From Guillardia theta CCMP2712 (lineage: Eukaryota; Protista; Cryptophyta): a DNA stretch of 64,000 bases. Of the stretch, positions 35,140 to 47,526 are shown one piece after another. Positions within the stretch are counted from its first letter, which is position 1. Each line of letters opens with the position of its first letter. The notes beneath the pieces were generated by a model. It worked only from the letters and a program-made list of their open reading frames with translations, had not been told where the DNA came from and ran no database searches. The DNA lies in NCBI RefSeq assembly GCF_000315625.1, contig NW_005434658.1:773139-837138 (forward strand), written 5' to 3'. The translations under genes were made by a program, and so were the position numbers.

Positions 35140-36000
35140 AGCAACAAGGGTAGGTAGTAATCCTCCGGGGTAGGGGTAGTGAAATACCCCCATCTCACCC
35201 TGTAAAAGACCCATCAATTGAAGGGTTGCCATCGTCAAATTATTCGTGGCACCGGTGATATACTCAAAAAGGTTGTAAAGAAGGGGGTAAGGGTGGCCTT
35301 GGCAGTGATTTCAGGGGGTGGGGGCTAAGTAGAAAACCACCGGGTCATTTCTATATGATCAGAGGGAAACAAGGGGGTACCCCAGAAACCAAAAGGTTGG
35401 GAGTACCCCTTGGGTGTTGACTTGTCTGCCCGTTGCTGGCAACAAGGAACCCGGTAGACAAAGGAATTTGAAGGGGTGGTGAACAGTTCGAGGGGTGGGT
35501 ACTTTACTCGATAACCCCCACCCTTCTGATATTGTTGAAACACCGGGGACCCTCCGATGATGGAACACCAGATAACCCCCACCCCCTGTTTTAACCATTT
35601 GTGAAAAGCAACCCCATATATGTCCATGAAGTACCCACCTTTCTCAACCCACCCACCCCTACATCCTCCAATGTTACCTACTACTACTTTTATAGGTACG
35701 TCCCGGGAATGGAGACAAGTGTAGATGTTTTAAAAAGTGGGGTGGAGGGAGACCGGAGGGGGGTGATTTTTACTCGAAAAACAAGGGTAGGGGTGGTAAT
35801 TTTACCTTGGTTTGAAGTTGGGGTGTGATTGTAAAGGTAGGTAGGGGTAGGGGTGATATGAGGGGAATTGAGGGGGTGGTCGAGAGAACAGATAGGGGGA
35901 AGGACAAACTTGTTGGACCCCGGGTCCAATCGATGATGCTTCCAAATCTGATCGTAACCTCCAACATAATAAGGACAATTTCAAAATAGTAAAGAATCTT
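35140..36000. repeat. GGGGT/ACCCC-rich degenerate interspersed repeat / TE relic
   Basis: Non-coding, with many GGGGT and ACCCC runs and few GpC dinucleotides. Confidence 0.45.
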
Positions 36001-36071
36001 TCACAAAAATTTCAGACTTTCAATGAACGCAAACCAGTTGATCTGCTCCCTCCTAAATTCTGTCGCTCCTC

Positions 36072-37100
36072 CTAAATTATCTTGCCGTCTCTTCCTCCTC
36101 CTCCTCCTTCCCCTCGCTTTCTCCTCTCCTTCCCGCATCTTGACAACCTCGAAATCCTTCCTTTCCTCGCTGTTTCACTGGTACTCCATGCCTCTCTTGT
36201 TTCCTCTTCTTTCCACGGTCCCTTGGATGTGCTCGAGTTGAAGGAAAAAAATCCAGTCTGGATAGCCTTAACGCTCACCTTTAGGTGCAGTGAGGTCCAG
36301 CAAAGGCGGAACAAGCTCAAATGCAGCGTGAACTTAGATCGTCTGCGGAGAGCCATGGATGCCTCCCACACTTCTGCATTGGCTACAACACAAGCAGGGT
36401 GCCGGAAGAGGTCTTGCATGCGATCGGGAAGTTGACGCCAGGGAGCGAGGCGAAGGACAAGTGCCCATGCTGCCATGCTCGTAGACAACCCGGCGATGAG
36501 TCGCCCTTCTGCTGCGCGAGGAGCGCTTTCGTGTCCACGGCTCATGTTGACCTGGGGCTGAAAGGTCTGTTCATCTTCGATCCGTTCTGGAACCGATGCT
36601 GCAACGAAGCGCGGAGGCGGGGATGGGAGGCATACGAGTCTCAGGCATGCAGCTTCTGCAAGTCTCAAGGATGTAAAAAGGGTGACACCGGGAGCGTGAG
36701 CGCTCGAGATGCGCATGACATGAAGACAAGGAAGATATACTGTTTCGCCCACGGGAGGCAGAGTCCTTCGTCTGACGGTTTCTGCTGCAAGAGGGGAGAG
36801 GAAGGTCAAAGACAGAGAGTGGGAGATGGCAAGAAGGAGGAGAGAGCGGAAGATGCAAAGAAGCAGGGAGTGGGGGATGAAAAGAAGCAGGAGGGAGTGA
36901 ACTCACTGCCCATGGAGTCAGAGCAGACTCTCCTCTCTCCTCGTTCCAGCTTGGTCCATGGGCAGGAGGTAGTGATGCATCTTGGGGCAGTTCGTGCTTC
37001 GAGTACCCAGGGGACAAGCCAAAGGGAATGGTTCGAGCTGAAATTTCTGACGCTTCCAGGGCAACCGATGTAGATGTTTTACGTGTATAATTTACAGATG
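36072..37100. CDS. Hypothetical protein; strand ambiguous
   Basis: Overlapping 245-250-aa ORFs on both strands; no recognisable domain. Confidence 0.2.
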
Positions 37101-37156
37101 TCTTGACAGATTTCTGCCTTCGACTCTCCACTTGTTACGCATCCCTTGACGTGTGT

Positions 37157-40100
37157 TCACATCCCTTGTGCATACTCTGCACGGCAGGTCATGTAGAGAG
37201 GATAGCCTGCAGGCATCTCAGTGGTCAGGACGGAGCCTGGCAGGTCACACGAACCGAGAGGAGGAGGAGCAGCCTGGATCACCATGTTCCGCAGTAACCT
37301 TGTATTGGCCTGTAAGAGCGTCAGCCGGCAGCTTGACGCTACATCGCTCCCGGTGCCTGGATCGAGTATCTCTCATCGTCGTCGTTGGCAAAGTAGAGCA
37401 GCTCCATGTTGAGAGCCGACCACAAGCCGCGGACGCTCTCCCCGTTGAGCCTGGCCACCTGCCGGCCCGTCATGCTGGGCTGGAGCTGGGGAGCACGCGG
37501 GCTAGTCACCTGCATCTCCGACTTCATCAGGGTGGCAACGCGAGCTCGGTAGGTCCCCTGGTCCTTGAAGACAGCCATGAGGTTCGGGGTCCTCTGCGAG
37601 CACGTGAGGAGGAAGAGGACTGGAGGCTTCTTCATCACCTTCTCCACGGCCTCTGCCCAGTCTGCGCTGGACTCAGAGCCCAGCTGCCACTCGTTGTCGT
37701 AGGAGTTGAACGCGTCTCGCAGCTCCTCGTGGCTCCTCTCAAGGCCGTAGACGCTGAAGACCATTCAGCTGGACGCGTTGGGGAGAGGAGGGGGCAGGTA
37801 GGGGAGGAGAGGAGAGGGCAGGTAGGGGAGGAGAGGAGAGGGCAGGTAGGGGAGGAGAGGATAGGGGAGGAGAGGAGAGGGCAGGTAGGGGAGGAGAGGA
37901 GAGGGCAGGTAGGGGAGGAGAGGAGAGGAAGGGCAGGGCGAGGGTAGCAACCTCATGTCGTATACGAACTTGAACGCGTACTTGTAAGCCTGGAGGACGA
38001 GCTTCTTGAGGTCATGCCGCTCCTCGAGCCACCTCGCGTGCAGGGAGGACGGTAACTGCTCCTGGAAGAGGCTGACTACGTGGTCCGGCCCGCTCGAAGA
38101 TGTCGTGTGCCCCCACTCCTCCACAACACCCCAGCAGGCAGCGTGCAGTCTGCGCAGGGAGAGCAAGAGCTTGCTGTTCTCTGTGTTGGTGTACTTGACA
38201 AGAGAGGTCGACCTCCCCTGTTCCTTCTCCTGCTCTGCGCTGCCGAATTTGACGCCCGAGCAACTTGTGCTTGTCTCCACCACCAGCTCCTCGCGATCCT
38301 TCACGTGCTGCTCTCCCTGCCCGAAATCCTTTGCAGACACCTGAGGAGGAGAAGGGTTGAGGAGGTAGACGAAAGGAGGGGAACGTACCGTGAGCTTGTC
38401 AATGAAGTCCTCGAGGTCCTCCTCCTCCTCCAGCTCCAGTACCGGAAGCGAAGCCTTGGTTTTGATGCTCCCTGGTACCAGTCAGCTGGAGGGACAGGCG
38501 AAGAGGGGAAGGGAGGAGAGGAGGAGAGGAGAAGAGGGGACCTGAATCCGCTATGAGTGTCGTTGGATGCGAAACTTCGAATTCGTTGAACGGCTGCGCG
38601 TTGCCCCCGTCTGTCTGCTGCTCTTGTAATGTAGATCTCTTCGCCGGCTCCTCCTTTCTCCCCACACCCCGCTCGCCTCCTCCTCCTCCCCCTCCTCCTC
38701 CTCCTCCCATCCCAACATACTTCGCCCACTCGTCGTCGAAACTATCAAACTCGCACTGGTCAAGAGGCATACCCAGCAGATCCTCCAGCTGGTGGAAGTC
38801 AAACCATGAGGATGGAAGGCCATGCGAGAGGCGGAGGTGAAGGAGCCAAGTGAGGGCAGAGGAGAATAGCTGGGCCAGAGCTGAGGAGTTCTCAGGTCGG
38901 TCGATGACACCAGTCAGCTGGATGTCGCCTATGGAGTAGAGCTCGACCGGCAGGATGCAGACGGGGACTATGGCCGTCATGAGCCGTTTGCCGATGAGTT
39001 GTCGAAGAGAGGAGGAGGAGGAGGAGGAGGAGGAGGAGTCCTGCAAAGCCTCGTTCATCGCCTCCTCCACTGCGCCTGCCTCCACGTGATGGCAGCTTGT
39101 CTCTTGAAACTCGAGCCCCTTGAAGAGGAAGTGAACGTAGTCGCTCCCCTGCTCCAGCAGTTGCACGAACAGAAGCATCCCCTCCCTCCTCACCAGCAGC
39201 ATTTCGTCTCCCGCCCACCCGAAGCCCAGCGAGCCCTGGCGCAGTGCTCGGAGCAGGGAGGATGAGAGGGAAGGGACGAGCTGCTGGTAGTAGGCGGCAT
39301 CGAAGGAGGAAGAGGAGAAGGAGGCTGTCTGCGGCCAGTGCCTGCGAGGGCGGGGAAAGCCGATGAGGAAGAGAGGCACTCCGAGCACAGGGAGGAGAGG
39401 GGCAGACAAGAAGGAGGAAACTAGCAGGATGGCGGCGGCGAAGGGAAGCCCGAGGACAAGGAGCTGGAGGATGCGACGAGCTTGTGCGGACCTTTGCTTG
39501 ACGTCTGTCCAAGAGGTGACGGCGAGGACCAGGGCAAAGGAGGACTTGGAGAGACAGTCGGAGCAGCGGCTGAGGATCCAACCAGCACACAGCGAGATGA
39601 CGGGGAGGGAGCACCAAGTGTCTGTGCTCCCCCCGCATCCTCGTGCTCGGATGTACCACACGGCAACGACGAGCTCAAGCAGGGAGCTTGAGGGAGCCTG
39701 CCAGAGCTTGCGAAGGATCCTCGTCAGCGCCACCTGCTGGAAGAGGAGAGAGAAATTGAGGTAGGAGGAGGAGGAGGAGGAGGAGGAGGAGAAGGAGGAG
39801 GCCTCCGCGTGCAGAAGCACACAAGCGAACATGATCCTCTTGCTGCACCACATGGCTCCGCTGTGGACGGCGGGCAAGAAGCTTCCGCCCCAAGACTTCG
39901 TTCCCTCCTTTTGCACCCTGTGCCTCCTCCAGGGGTTGGAGAAGACGAGGAGGAGCAGGGGAGCTTGCAGCGAGGAGGAGATCCAGGAGAGGAGGAGGAG
40001 CAGCGAGAGGGCAAGGTCCAATAAAAGCAACACCTCTCTATGCTGCTGCAAGTAGGCCCCCACGTCCTGTCAGCCTGTCAATTCCTCTCTTGCATCTCTA

Positions 40101-41783
40101 CATGTCCGCCTACCTCCTTCCACCTCCACTCCAGAAGGAGAGGAGCCCCGACAAGCACGACCGCTGTCACCAGTCTGACCAGAAGCCTCGCTAGGGCTCC
40201 TGTATGAGCTCCGAGAGGGGATGCACTTCTCTCCATCCGCTTCCCTCCAGAGCAGGAGGCCAGCAGGTCGGTCGGGAGGAGGAGGAGGTCATGGCTGAGC
40301 AGGAAGCCGATCCCTGCTGCTGCCGCCAAGGAGACGTTGAGACCTGACGAGAGGAGAAGGGCGACGCAGGCGCAGACGTTGCCGCATGCGAGGAGGAGAC
40401 CCAGCCAGAGCCGCGCGGAGGAGGAGGAGGGAGAGGCACCGGCAAGATGTATCATCCCCTGCTCCGCTGCCCACTCGAGACCGACGCTCATGCCGGGCAG
40501 GGACCCGAAGGTCCAAAGGAGCGGGAGAAGGAGGAGGAGGATGCGAAGAGGGAGCACGTCGAGGGAGGAAGAGGAGAGAGCAGGTGCCCCCAGGCAAAAG
40601 ATGTGGAAGGTGCGGGAGAGAGGACCGAGAAGCCCGTCCTCTGGATCGCTGGTGTACCTGTTGAGTTCAGGAGGAGCATACGCGTTCAGGGAGTAGAGCG
40701 CGAGGGAGATGCTGATCCAGGCAAAGAGGGAGTATACGGCTGTGCAGTGAGGAGAGAGGAGAAGTCAGAGAAGAGCAACAGATGAGGAGGAGGAAGACAC
40801 GGTGAGGGGATAATGAGGGAAGAAGAATGGAGAGGAGAAAGTCAGAGGTCGTCAAGGGCTCGTGGAGACTCACCCAGACTCGCATCGCTGCTCGTGGCTA
40901 AGGCCAGTTTAACTCTTGTCGGCTGCATGTAGACGACCAGGAGGCCCAACGCGCAGGAGGATGTGAGGACATAGAAGATGCTTCTTGCTCCTCGCGGGGG
41001 GAAGATGAAGAGAAAACCTCGAGAGGAGCACAATCCAAAGTCAACCTCATCCTCATCCGCCAGCATGTTGCCACGTGCGGGTGAGGAGGAAGCGACCCTG
41101 TTGGATCTCCTCTCCCTCGCTGCTGAGAGGAGCAGGCTGACCACCAACTGAACACCTCCTGCTATCAGACCCGCCACCCATGTCTGCATCTTCTCTGAGA
41201 CAATCGACATGGCGATGCCGACGACTGCTGGGAGGAGCCACATGGCCGCCTGCCCTGCAGTGAGCGAGAGAGAGACGCAACCTTCGCTCCCCGTCAGCTT
41301 GGGGCCTCCTGCGATGGTCTGCAGCCATCGCCCGAGGAAGAAGCGAAACTTGGACTCGCTGAGAATGGGAGGAGCTGTCCCCTGTGCGTCGAACACATGG
41401 AGCTCCGGCACCTGCCCTCCCTTCGCCTCCTTGCTCCCTGTCGATCCTCCTCCTTCCTTGGCTCGCTGGTTGATCCGATTGAGGAGCTCCGAGGCCTTGT
41501 CGACCTCCTTCGGTCTGGAAGAGAAGGTTTGCACCGCCTCCTCCACAGGGCCAGCGCGGGGAGGCTCCTCGTCGGGGGTGAATGGACGGACTTCCTCCGC
41601 GTCCAGCACAAACTTCTCTACCTCAGCGTGCTTAACCTGCGGTTCTTGAGCAGTTGCCTCCTCCTTGCTGCTCCACTTAGAAACATCGATCGGACGCGGC
41701 TTGTGAGGAGCAACGGAGGCAGAGGATGGGCCGAGGTCGAAGTCATCGAGATCGTCCACCTCTTCCAAGTCCAAGATGTCCAT
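37157..41783 (-). CDS. Pecanex-like (PCNX4-type) polytopic membrane protein, multi-exon
   Basis: Multiple TM segments, then PLFLIGFPRP..WP, DAAYYQQL, FKGLEFQETSCHHVEA, AYKYAFK, NMELLYFANDDDERYSIQ|ANTRLLRNMVIQAAPPPLGYP, matching the Pecanex C-terminal domain. Confidence 0.85.
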
Positions 41784-42202
41784 CCTGGACCTCGGCTCAC
41801 AGACTCACGAACTTGTCGATCAGAGCATGGACGGGACGAGCTGCAGCCAGCATGGTCAGAACAAAATTTGCGGCATGGGAGTCATCTGAGTGTCATGGCG
41901 ACAAGTTCGCCGTGTTCCCCCGCCTTCATGAAATGGTCCTAACTCGAGAGATCCGACCATCATCTCCCTCCATCTTCACCCGTGGACCCTCTTCCCTTCC
42001 TCTGTCTCTCCTCCTCTCTGTCCTCCCTCTCCTCCTTCCGTCGTTCCCGCCCGCCCTCCCTCACTCTCCCATGTCAGCTCACCATACAACCGACGGCCAT
42101 AGTTTGTTGGTCTGATTTTCCTGTGAATTCAAAACTTCTTTAAAGACCGTTTCATCACCACGGTCTTTGTAACGGCCGCAACGGTGGGACGAAAGGCCAT
42201 GG

Positions 42203-42950
42203 TCAAACATGAAGAGCGAAAGACAAGGGCCAGGGAAGGGGGACTAGGAAGAGAAAGCTGACCAATGCAGGAAGAAGGAGATGAATAGAGTAAATATGCA
42301 TCCAACTCAAAGCCAACTTCGTTGCAATAGAGTTGTCGTTCATTGTTTCTGACTGCAAACTATGAGAAAAAATTAGGAATCGGGCTGTGCTGGATATGTT
42401 TCTTAGCGGTTTGCAACCTGATTTATGCCATAGTCTAGTACAGCTCATTGTAGAGATGCTTTCTCTGGACTCAATCATGCACCCAACTGGATCCGTTTTG
42501 TCCATAAGTTGTTCTGTACTCCAATGATCCATGAGGCAGGCCTGCACAGCGGAAGGAATGATTCTAAGATGGCGATATGGCCATTCGGATTGTAAGCCTG
42601 GAGCTATTGTCTACAACCAGCCAGATTTTGGCACTGCAGCAACGAGCGGGTTAGCAACTCAATACATTACCTCCTTCGATATCTGACGAGACTGTTATCA
42701 GGCCATGGGTACAGCCTATCTGTGACCCCGGTCTCAGCATCTCACCTTGGGCGAGCTGGTGGGAACCTGTTGATGACCTCAACACTTTTGATTATCATCT
42801 CGAACCTCGACAAACTGTGGTTCCTCAAACCACTGGGTACACCTTTCAGAAACGTGTGCTGCCTTCAGTTTCGGAGTAGAGCTCAAAACTGTGGCATCTG
42901 GCCTCAGGTGCTATCACAAAGATGGCGTGGGAGCGATTAGGTGTAAGATA
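42203..42950 (-). CDS. Hypothetical multi-exon protein with hydrophobic C-terminus
   Basis: Protein-like exons ending LLLPALVSFLFLVPLPWPLSFALHV*; no family recognised. Confidence 0.25.
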
Positions 42951-43257
42951 TCAAAGTGAATTGACGACTTGCTGTTCAAAACTCTTTCTTTGTTTATTAA
43001 CAGCCGAATTATTTTGCTGTTTACCTCGAATGAATGAATCAACGCAAAATGAATGAATAACTTCATTATGTGCAAGTTAACAAAAGCAGGGGATCCAACA
43101 CAATCCATTTACAATCTTGCTCACAAATTTACACCTCGTCTCTTCCAACTTGACTCTGTCGACTTTCTGTCATTCCAAGATGGATGTAGTGATTAAAACA
43201 TCCATTGGAAAGTCGTTCTGTGGTGAACGTGCACCTGAATAGCCAGTACAGCGAAAA

Positions 43258-43863
43258 CTAAATCGCCAGATAGCATATGAATGTCATGACCATCAGCAAG
43301 AGACCTGAACCTCTCTGAGTGCTCGCGCCGTTCTTTCGCGAAAGAAGCCTCTTGTCCGGCCCTTGGCTCGTTCCGCCCTTAAGCTCCAATGTGTGCACCC
43401 CTTCTCCACCGTACGGCTCGCATCTGTCAAAATGTTCGCATGAAAACCTCACACTGTTCTGGGGACAGAACGGATATGACTTCTTGAAGACTGCGAAGGT
43501 GCCTTGTGGGCAATTTGGCTCGGTGACTTTCGGCGAACAGGGCGCAGAACATTCATCTCCGCTAGCAACTGAGTAGCACTGTGAAGAAGCGCAATATGTA
43601 TTTGGACAATCTGAGCCTTCGCACTGACACCGATATTTTAACTCAAGGTCCTTGCAAGAAAAATTCCTCACTTCTTGGGTATTTATGGATACAGGAGGCT
43701 GTACCATACTTGAACACTGAAGATCGCACTCCAGCAGCCACTGTTCGCAACATTCTTTATCTAGTCCCGCACACGTTCCGAAGTCTGGCGAGTTTTCAGG
43801 AATACACTTCCAAGCAGCAGATAACTGTACAACCAACAAAAGGGCAGCGGCTCTTCTCATCAT
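43258..43863 (-). CDS. Cys-rich secreted, putatively GPI-anchored surface protein (about 201 aa, intronless)
   Basis: Signal peptide MMRRAAALLLVVQLSAA, 18 Cys in the mature part, C-terminal small-residue spacer plus hydrophobic tail GSGLLLMVMTFICYLAI*. Confidence 0.7.
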   Translation of the reverse strand: MMRRAAALLLVVQLSAAWKCIPENSPDFGTCAGLDKECCEQWLLECDLQCSSMVQPPVSINTQEVRNFSCKDLELKYRCQCEGSDCPNTYCASSQCYSVASGDECSAPCSPKVTEPNCPQGTFAVFKKSYPFCPQNSVRFSCEHFDRCEPYGGEGVHTLELKGGTSQGPDKRLLSRKNGASTQRGSGLLLMVMTFICYLAI

Positions 43864-44039
43864 GATGAGGCAGCTGCCGAGGGACGAACTCTGAAGTATA
43901 TCTAGTAGATGAATACCTTGCGGCAATCAGCGATGAGTCTGGTTCACCTGCAACTTCTCCTACACACCGTCACCACTTGCCCCTCACCAGCTTGTCGCTG
44001 AACATTCCCCTCGGTTTCGCAATCTTCCTGGGAACGATT

Positions 44040-44560
44040 CTTAACCCACCCCATTATATTAGAATATTGGTTGATAATTGAAGGGGTGATCTATGGTCAA
44101 AATTAAAAAGAAAGGAGCTCTTGATAGTATCGATGGTACGATTTGACACTACCCACCGGAAATAGAGGGTCGCCGTTATTTCTCGTTGCTGTACCGTTAC
44201 AAACGTATTGCTTCCGTTAATTCGTTCTTAACCTTTCTTTTTCCCGAATAACCCCTACCCCCTAGATTCGGTTTTCGCGTTATCATGACCCCTTATTTTT
44301 ACTTTCTTGTTCAGGTTTGAGGGTGGTAGGGTTCATGCTGGAGGGTTCTTGTGATATCGAGGGGGGATAGTGATCTGCACAGGACTTTCCCTGGTGGGTA
44401 GTCACATGACATGGGGTAGGAACAATCGGATTGGGTCAGAGGTGGGTACTTGACTATTTCTGAGTGGGTAGGGGGTTAACAAATATGGTAACAGAGGTCG
44501 TGGGCAGGGTAGGGGTGGTAATATAGTATTGTCGAGCGTTGGAGAAAATAATGGGCAGGT
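44040..44560. repeat. GGGT/ACCC-rich degenerate interspersed repeat
   Basis: Same compositional signature as 7146-7760 and 35140-36000. Confidence 0.35.
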
Positions 44561-44919
44561 TTTCTTTGTGAGAACGAATGGATGTGGAACGAGGAGGAGA
44601 GGAGGAGGAGAGGAGGAGATTCGAGAAGATGGTACGAAGTCAAGTTGAGATGTATGACCGTTACACCACGTGCGGCAAGATATTGAATCAGGAGGAGGCC
44701 CACAAAGAATTTCCAACTTTCCTCTAGAGCTGGAGGAATGGAGGATGTGGTTTAGATGTACTAGTTGACGATGGTTGTTGCAAAAACTGCGATGTGAGGG
44801 ATGATAGCTGAAGTGTTCATCGAAGTCATTTGATGTTCTTCCTTGTCTTTCAGGATAGCTTCCATGGCATCCAGGGCTCGTTGAAAAACCGCTTCCATCA
44901 TCGAAGGAGCTTGTAGTAG

Positions 44920-46694
44920 ATGATGGAAGACATCAGCAGGGAGAGCATGCAGCTGGAGAAGCTGAAGCTCCTCAAGCCTGTCAGGTGATGGATGAGTGAG
45001 CTGCTCCCCTCATCACCTGACGTCTGTCACAGCAATGAAGTCAGAGGTGATCAGCTCGGGTTCTACTCAAGGAGATCGAACGGCGAGCAAAGTGTTGACG
45101 CCAAGGCGCTGGCGAAGGAGGTTGAAGAGGAGATCAATGAAAGAGTCCGAAGTGGGGTGCAGGTAATGCATCCTTGCTCAGATGATTGCAAATATTGTGC
45201 TTTTTTTTGAGTGTCCTTTGACATACTGGACATCTTTGTTTCCTGTTTGTCCGACCTGTGATTATTGTTGTCTCTGTTGGAAGACTTGCTTTCATGTCTG
45301 GTAGCCTCGTGATTGTTCAACAGGCGAATGGAAGCCATTGCGAACAACTTGTCGCCCATGCTGAGAGACTTTGTGATCTCAAGAAGAATCAGTCGAGCTT
45401 CAGTCCAACCGCCTCCACCACTCCTCTCCAAGTGTTTGTTACTATCCACCTCAAGGCGAAGAATGCAAAGCGCCTGTTGACCAAGGTGCGGCAGATGGGC
45501 AAACATGACCCATGTGCTGACCCTGGTTCGGTTCAGGTGGCGACGTTAGCAGACGTTTGCCATCATCGAGGTATAGCGGTCTCCGACAACTTGGACGTCT
45601 ACTTCGATGCCAAAGGCAATGCCAAAGGAGGTGAGTGACAAGGAGGGTCGGAAGGCTGCTGAAGCTGCTGCAGACTTTGAGGTCGTGTGCGCCCCGGAGA
45701 TGATGGGGAATCCGCAAAGAGGGGTGCAGAAGGTGCGGGAGGAGAGGACAAGAGAGGAGAGGAGAGGGAAGGAGAGGAGAGGAGAGGAGAGGAGAGGAGA
45801 GGAGAAGAGCATTGAATTTGGTCTTGTGAATCAGATCAACAGTATACGGGGACAGATGAAACGGGGAGATTCGGTGATCCGATCCTGCCCAATATCCGAA
45901 CCTTTGGCTCATTTCTGTGCAGGTCAAGTCAACTGCGTTGAAGCTTCCCTCGCTGGGCCCTGTAGAGGTGAGAAATGAGTGGGAAGGTGCTGGGGGGTGA
46001 GGAGAGGCTGCAGTCCGTCACGGGCAAGCGCAAGGACGCAGCGCACATGAGCGAGAAAGTGCTGCAGGATGGCTCAAGGTATCGTGGCAACCTCAGAGGT
46101 TCGTGAAGCTCGCGTCATGGCGTCTCGTGTTTGTGACTAGATCTCTCCTCTTCTCTCCTCGTCTCTCTCCTACCTTCCTTCCCTTGCTTACAGGCGATAA
46201 GCCGCACGGATTCGGTTCGATTATGTATGCAGCCAACGATCAAAAGCAGCGCGTGAAGTTTGCAGGCAGGTCCTACCCTGCTGTCATGCTGGCGTAACTA
46301 AGTGAGCAGGCGAGTTCGAGGATGGGATCCGCAAGGGCAGCGGCTGCCTCGTCTGGCAGGACGGAGCTCAGGTGGACGATAAACACAAGGGGCTGTGAGA
46401 TGGCCACTGACGCTGTATCCTCCTCCTTCCTCCCCCTCCTTCCTCCCCCTCCCCCGCCTCCTCGCTCCTTCTTTCTTCTGCAGTATGCTGGCGACTGGTT
46501 CGGGGATAAGCCGGGAGGGTTTGGGATCGAGAAATATCCGGACGGTTCAACGTACGTCGGGCAGTACGAGAACGACATGCGGCATGGGTTCGGGACGTAC
46601 GTGTTCCCATCGGGGGCCAAGTATGAGGTGAAGCCGAGGAGGGAGAGGGAGGGACGGAGATGCAGAGGACAAGGAGAAGAGAAACAGTTGTGGT

Positions 46695-46744
<50 letters not shown>

Positions 46745-47313
46745 GATAGGAAGCTGAAGAGGAGCTGACAGAGGAGGATTCTGTAGAAGAGGAGGAAGAG
46801 AGCAGCAGGGCTAGGGAGGAAGGAGAGGAGAACGAGGGAGTGAGAGTGTGGCAGGGGTGCTGGTACCTTGGGAAGAGGCATGGAAAGGCGCTGGAGCAGT
46901 CGAAGAAAGGGATTTTCATCGTGGAGTTCGAGGGAAACAAGAGGATACGGCAGCAGCAGTACGTGCAAGGTGGAGACGAGGACTTCGAGAGACTCATCGC
47001 TAAAGTTCGAGCAGCCGTTGAGCGAGGGAAGAGCTGCGGTATGCTCTATCCCCTGCCCCATCCTCCCTCCTCTTGTCCTATTGCTGTGCCTCCTCCTCCT
47101 TCACTCGCACTAGTGGGCTTTATGTATCCTTTCTGCTGCACCCTCCTCCTCCTCCTCCTCCTCCTCTTTCCGCCTCTCCCACCTTCTCTGCTCTCGAGAC
47201 TGAAGGGTATGCAGGCGAGGCTGCTGAACGTGCTTTCGAACGAGAGTTTCAGCTGGGGTCGAGGTGAAAGGAGGCTAATCCTCTGTATAATATTTGGTCT
47301 TGTAAATGCATAG
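44920..47313 (+). CDS. MORN-repeat protein, multi-exon (ends approximate)
   Basis: DGSRYRGNLR|GDKPHGFG, GEFEDGIRKGSGCLVWQDG, YAGDWFGDKPGGFGIEKYPDGSTYVGQYENDMRHGFGTYVFPSGAKYE|GCWYLGKRHGK. Confidence 0.85.
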
Positions 47314-47526
47314 GGGATGAAAGGAGCAGGAGCAGGAGCAGGAGAAAGGGGATTCTATTTCATCCCAGAGTTAAATGAAGCTAGGACTCATCTGCTCTCC
47401 CCTCCTCTTCCTCCTCAGTTCTCTTTGCCTCCCCTGATCTCGTCGATCATCCTCCCGACCACCTCCTGCCAGTTCTGCCGTCCAACAAGAAGTGAGGAGG
47501 GAGAGGAAGAAGGCGAGAGGATTCAG

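Noticed and set aside
35925-35960. C/D-box-like gatgatg...ctga with short terminal stem
   Set aside because: Boxes only about 10 nt apart; too short for a snoRNA
9338-41783. Notch-themed pair (Notchless, pecanex) or ribosome-biogenesis cluster (EMG1, NLE1)
   Set aside because: Genes are far apart with unrelated genes between; Notchless is a general 60S assembly factor, so the name link is coincidental
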